Part shown: positions 62,672-64,000 of the stretch, one piece after another | Layout: each line of letters opens with the position of its first letter | How positions within the stretch are numbered: the stretch's first letter is position 1 | From: Catajapyx aquilonaris | Lineage: Eukaryota | Direction of reading: 5' to 3' | Assembly: GCA_000934665.2 (NCBI GenBank) | Contig: KZ538224.1 | Location: 124,001-188,000, forward strand | Length of the DNA: 64,000 nt | Notes under the pieces: model-generated | What the model saw: only the letters and a program-made list of their open reading frames with translations | The model's database searches: none | Told to the model about the DNA's origin: nothing | Translations under genes and position numbers: made by a program

Positions 62672-62677
62672 TTTATT
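62672..62677 (-). terminator. polyadenylation signal (AATAAA) of the minus-strand gene
   Basis: Plus-strand TTTATT, 35-40 nt past the stop codon. Confidence 0.65.
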
Positions 62678-62711
62678 TCTCTAATTATCATTAGCCATGC
62701 CATGAGCAACA

Positions 62712-63090
62712 TCAAGTGTTGCACTCGTTCTTTTTCTGCTCCCTCTCTTCCCTCTTCATCTTCATAACATTTCTCATGAAACTGGGCTTCGTTCTGCCGC
62801 TATTTTCCAGGAAGCTGTTATAGTGTTCGATCATATTCAGTTCGGCCAGCTTGGCGTCCCGAGTCGCCTTTACCTGGAGGTCCACTACTCTTCCCTTGGA
62901 CATCGGACGAGGCGGCTCCAGCCTGGCCTTCTCTACGAACATGGGGTACCACTTCTTCACTGGATAGTAGTAATCGCCGTACAGCACGTGTCGTACCCCT
63001 AGTGGCACCGGTTCATATTCCGCCTCTTCCTGCTCCTTCTTTCTCCTTGGCTTATCCGCAAATTCTTTTTTGGCCCAGCGATTAATGTCC
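62712..63090 (-). CDS. terminal coding exon DINRWAKKEF...NECNT*
   Basis: Acceptor GTCTTCCAG|G; 379 nt to TGA; matches ORF 62712..63101. Confidence 0.85.
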
Positions 63091-64000
63091 CTGGAAGACA
63101 CGTACTTGAAGGAAATGTACGTATGAACTTAATGAACTCTGCTGACCTTTCTCGGGGCACTTCTGTCTTCTTGGTGATTGGAAGCACTCCAAGCACCGTC
63201 GGGTCCATGTCGTACGTGGGACACTGCCTGGACTCCACGGCTATGGTGAACAGGTTGATCACTTCTCTTCGCGACATGTTGGACGGGAAGAACTCGCCGC
63301 AGAAGTCCTTAAGCCACTCGTGATAAGCAGTCGTGGCCTGACGATGGACATGCAGGCCCAATTAGCCAGAAATGCATTGATTGACCATGTTAATAACTCA
63401 CTTTGTCTACTTCTTGTGCGGCCTTTGCAGGCATGTAGGTACTGCCCGTAACTCCGTCTTCCTTTTCTGAGTCCAGACTCGCATCAGTCCCGGACATTCC
63501 AGGCTTTCTCCGCTTGTCAGAATACCTCTGCGAACCTCCACCGCCCATTTTCATCGCATTTTCCCTAATAATAAATCAAATAATTTAAAGAATTAATTTG
63601 CTGCAGTTGACCGATACATATTCAGATTACAGAGCTTACATCTCGAGGAGATCTGTGAAACTCCCTTTCTTCAGGTAAACGGTGGATGCGTTTCCAATTT
63701 CGCTGTCGTCTGACCCGGCCCGCATGCCCTCCACATCTCTTGTGGACAAGTCCCTTAGGGACAGCAACTTTCTAGATTCCATTGCCGAGTCTTTGGGCGT
63801 TGTCGAGTACAGGTCCCAGGAATCTAGGTATTCCTTCTCCATCTCATTTTGAATATCCTGGCCATGGCAGGGCACGAGAAATTAAAATAAGGCCAAACTT
63901 TAATTACTTCAATAGCCGGTTTACCTTCCTAACTTGTTCCTGGAGTATTTCGAGTAGTCTCAACTTCTCTTCCTTTTTCTTCTGTTTAGCCTGCTGCTCC
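62712..64000 (-). CDS. 3' portion of a spliced protein-coding gene (5' end beyond window); charged N-terminal part, C-terminus resembling FAM47-family proteins
   Basis: Minus-strand exons 64000-63925, 63857-63640, 63564-63402, 63337-63147, 63090-62712 (TGA). Introns of 67, 75, 64 and 56 nt are all GT-AG with compatible phases (0,2,0,2), giving one stop-free frame of 341 aa: ...EQVRK|DIQNE...DLLEM|ENAMK...QEVDK|ATTAYHEWLKDF...VPRER|DINRW...VLYGDYYYPVKKW...SGRTKPSFM...CNT*. Motifs EWL..F.G...I.LF, YG.YY.P.K.W and G..KP.F recall the FAM47 C-terminus from memory; no search was run. The confidence value refers to the gene structure, not the family call. Confidence 0.85.
63147..63337 (-). CDS. coding exon ATTAYHEWLKDF...TEVPRE(R)
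   Basis: Acceptor CGTCAG|GCC with upstream CTAAT branch-like motif, donor AAG|GTCAGC; part of ORF 62999..63361. Confidence 0.82.
63402..63564 (-). CDS. coding exon ENAMKMGGGG...AQEVDK
   Basis: Acceptor TTATTATTAG|G, donor AAA|GTGAGT; 163 nt, open, phase-compatible with both neighbours; missed by the ORF track. Confidence 0.82.
63640..63857 (-). CDS. coding exon DIQNEMEKEY...FTDLLE(M)
   Basis: Acceptor GGCCAG|GAT, donor GAT|GTAAGC; matches ORF 63636..63875. Confidence 0.82.
63925..64000 (-). CDS. coding exon (truncated by window edge), EQQAKQKKKEEKLRLLEILQEQVRK
   Basis: Open frame ending at donor AAG|GTAAAC (intron 63924-63858). Confidence 0.8.

Noticed and set aside
62999..63146. Apparent frameshift/pseudogene in the terminal gene
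   Set aside because: Resolved by an in-frame 56-nt GT-AG intron (63146-63091).

Overview
This is eukaryotic (animal, probably arthropod-like; inferred) genomic DNA, about 62 kb of it without a convincing protein-coding ORF. The only supported gene is the 3' part of a minus-strand spliced gene at 62712-64000. It has five exons and four short GT-AG introns (56-75 nt), splices into one open frame of 341 aa, and its C-terminus resembles the FAM47 family from memory. The rest is a gene desert or large intron/UTR region peppered with short non-autonomous transposons: about 12 copies of one Helitron-like family, 3 copies of a DINE-1/HINE-like family, a second small Helitron family, several TIR MITEs (one nested, one inverted pair), one full-length tRNA-derived SINE with target-site duplication, fold-back palindromes and degenerate minisatellites. 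The most notable observation is that the abundant Helitron family carries a CTCF-like core plus a correctly spaced upstream module, set in an internal dyad, so it may be spreading insulator-like sites. Several isolated, well-formed splice-site pairs suggest a long, mostly non-coding minus-strand transcript. No CRISPR array, rRNA, true tRNA or prokaryotic system is supported. There is a 91-N gap, and single Ns occur in G/C homopolymers.
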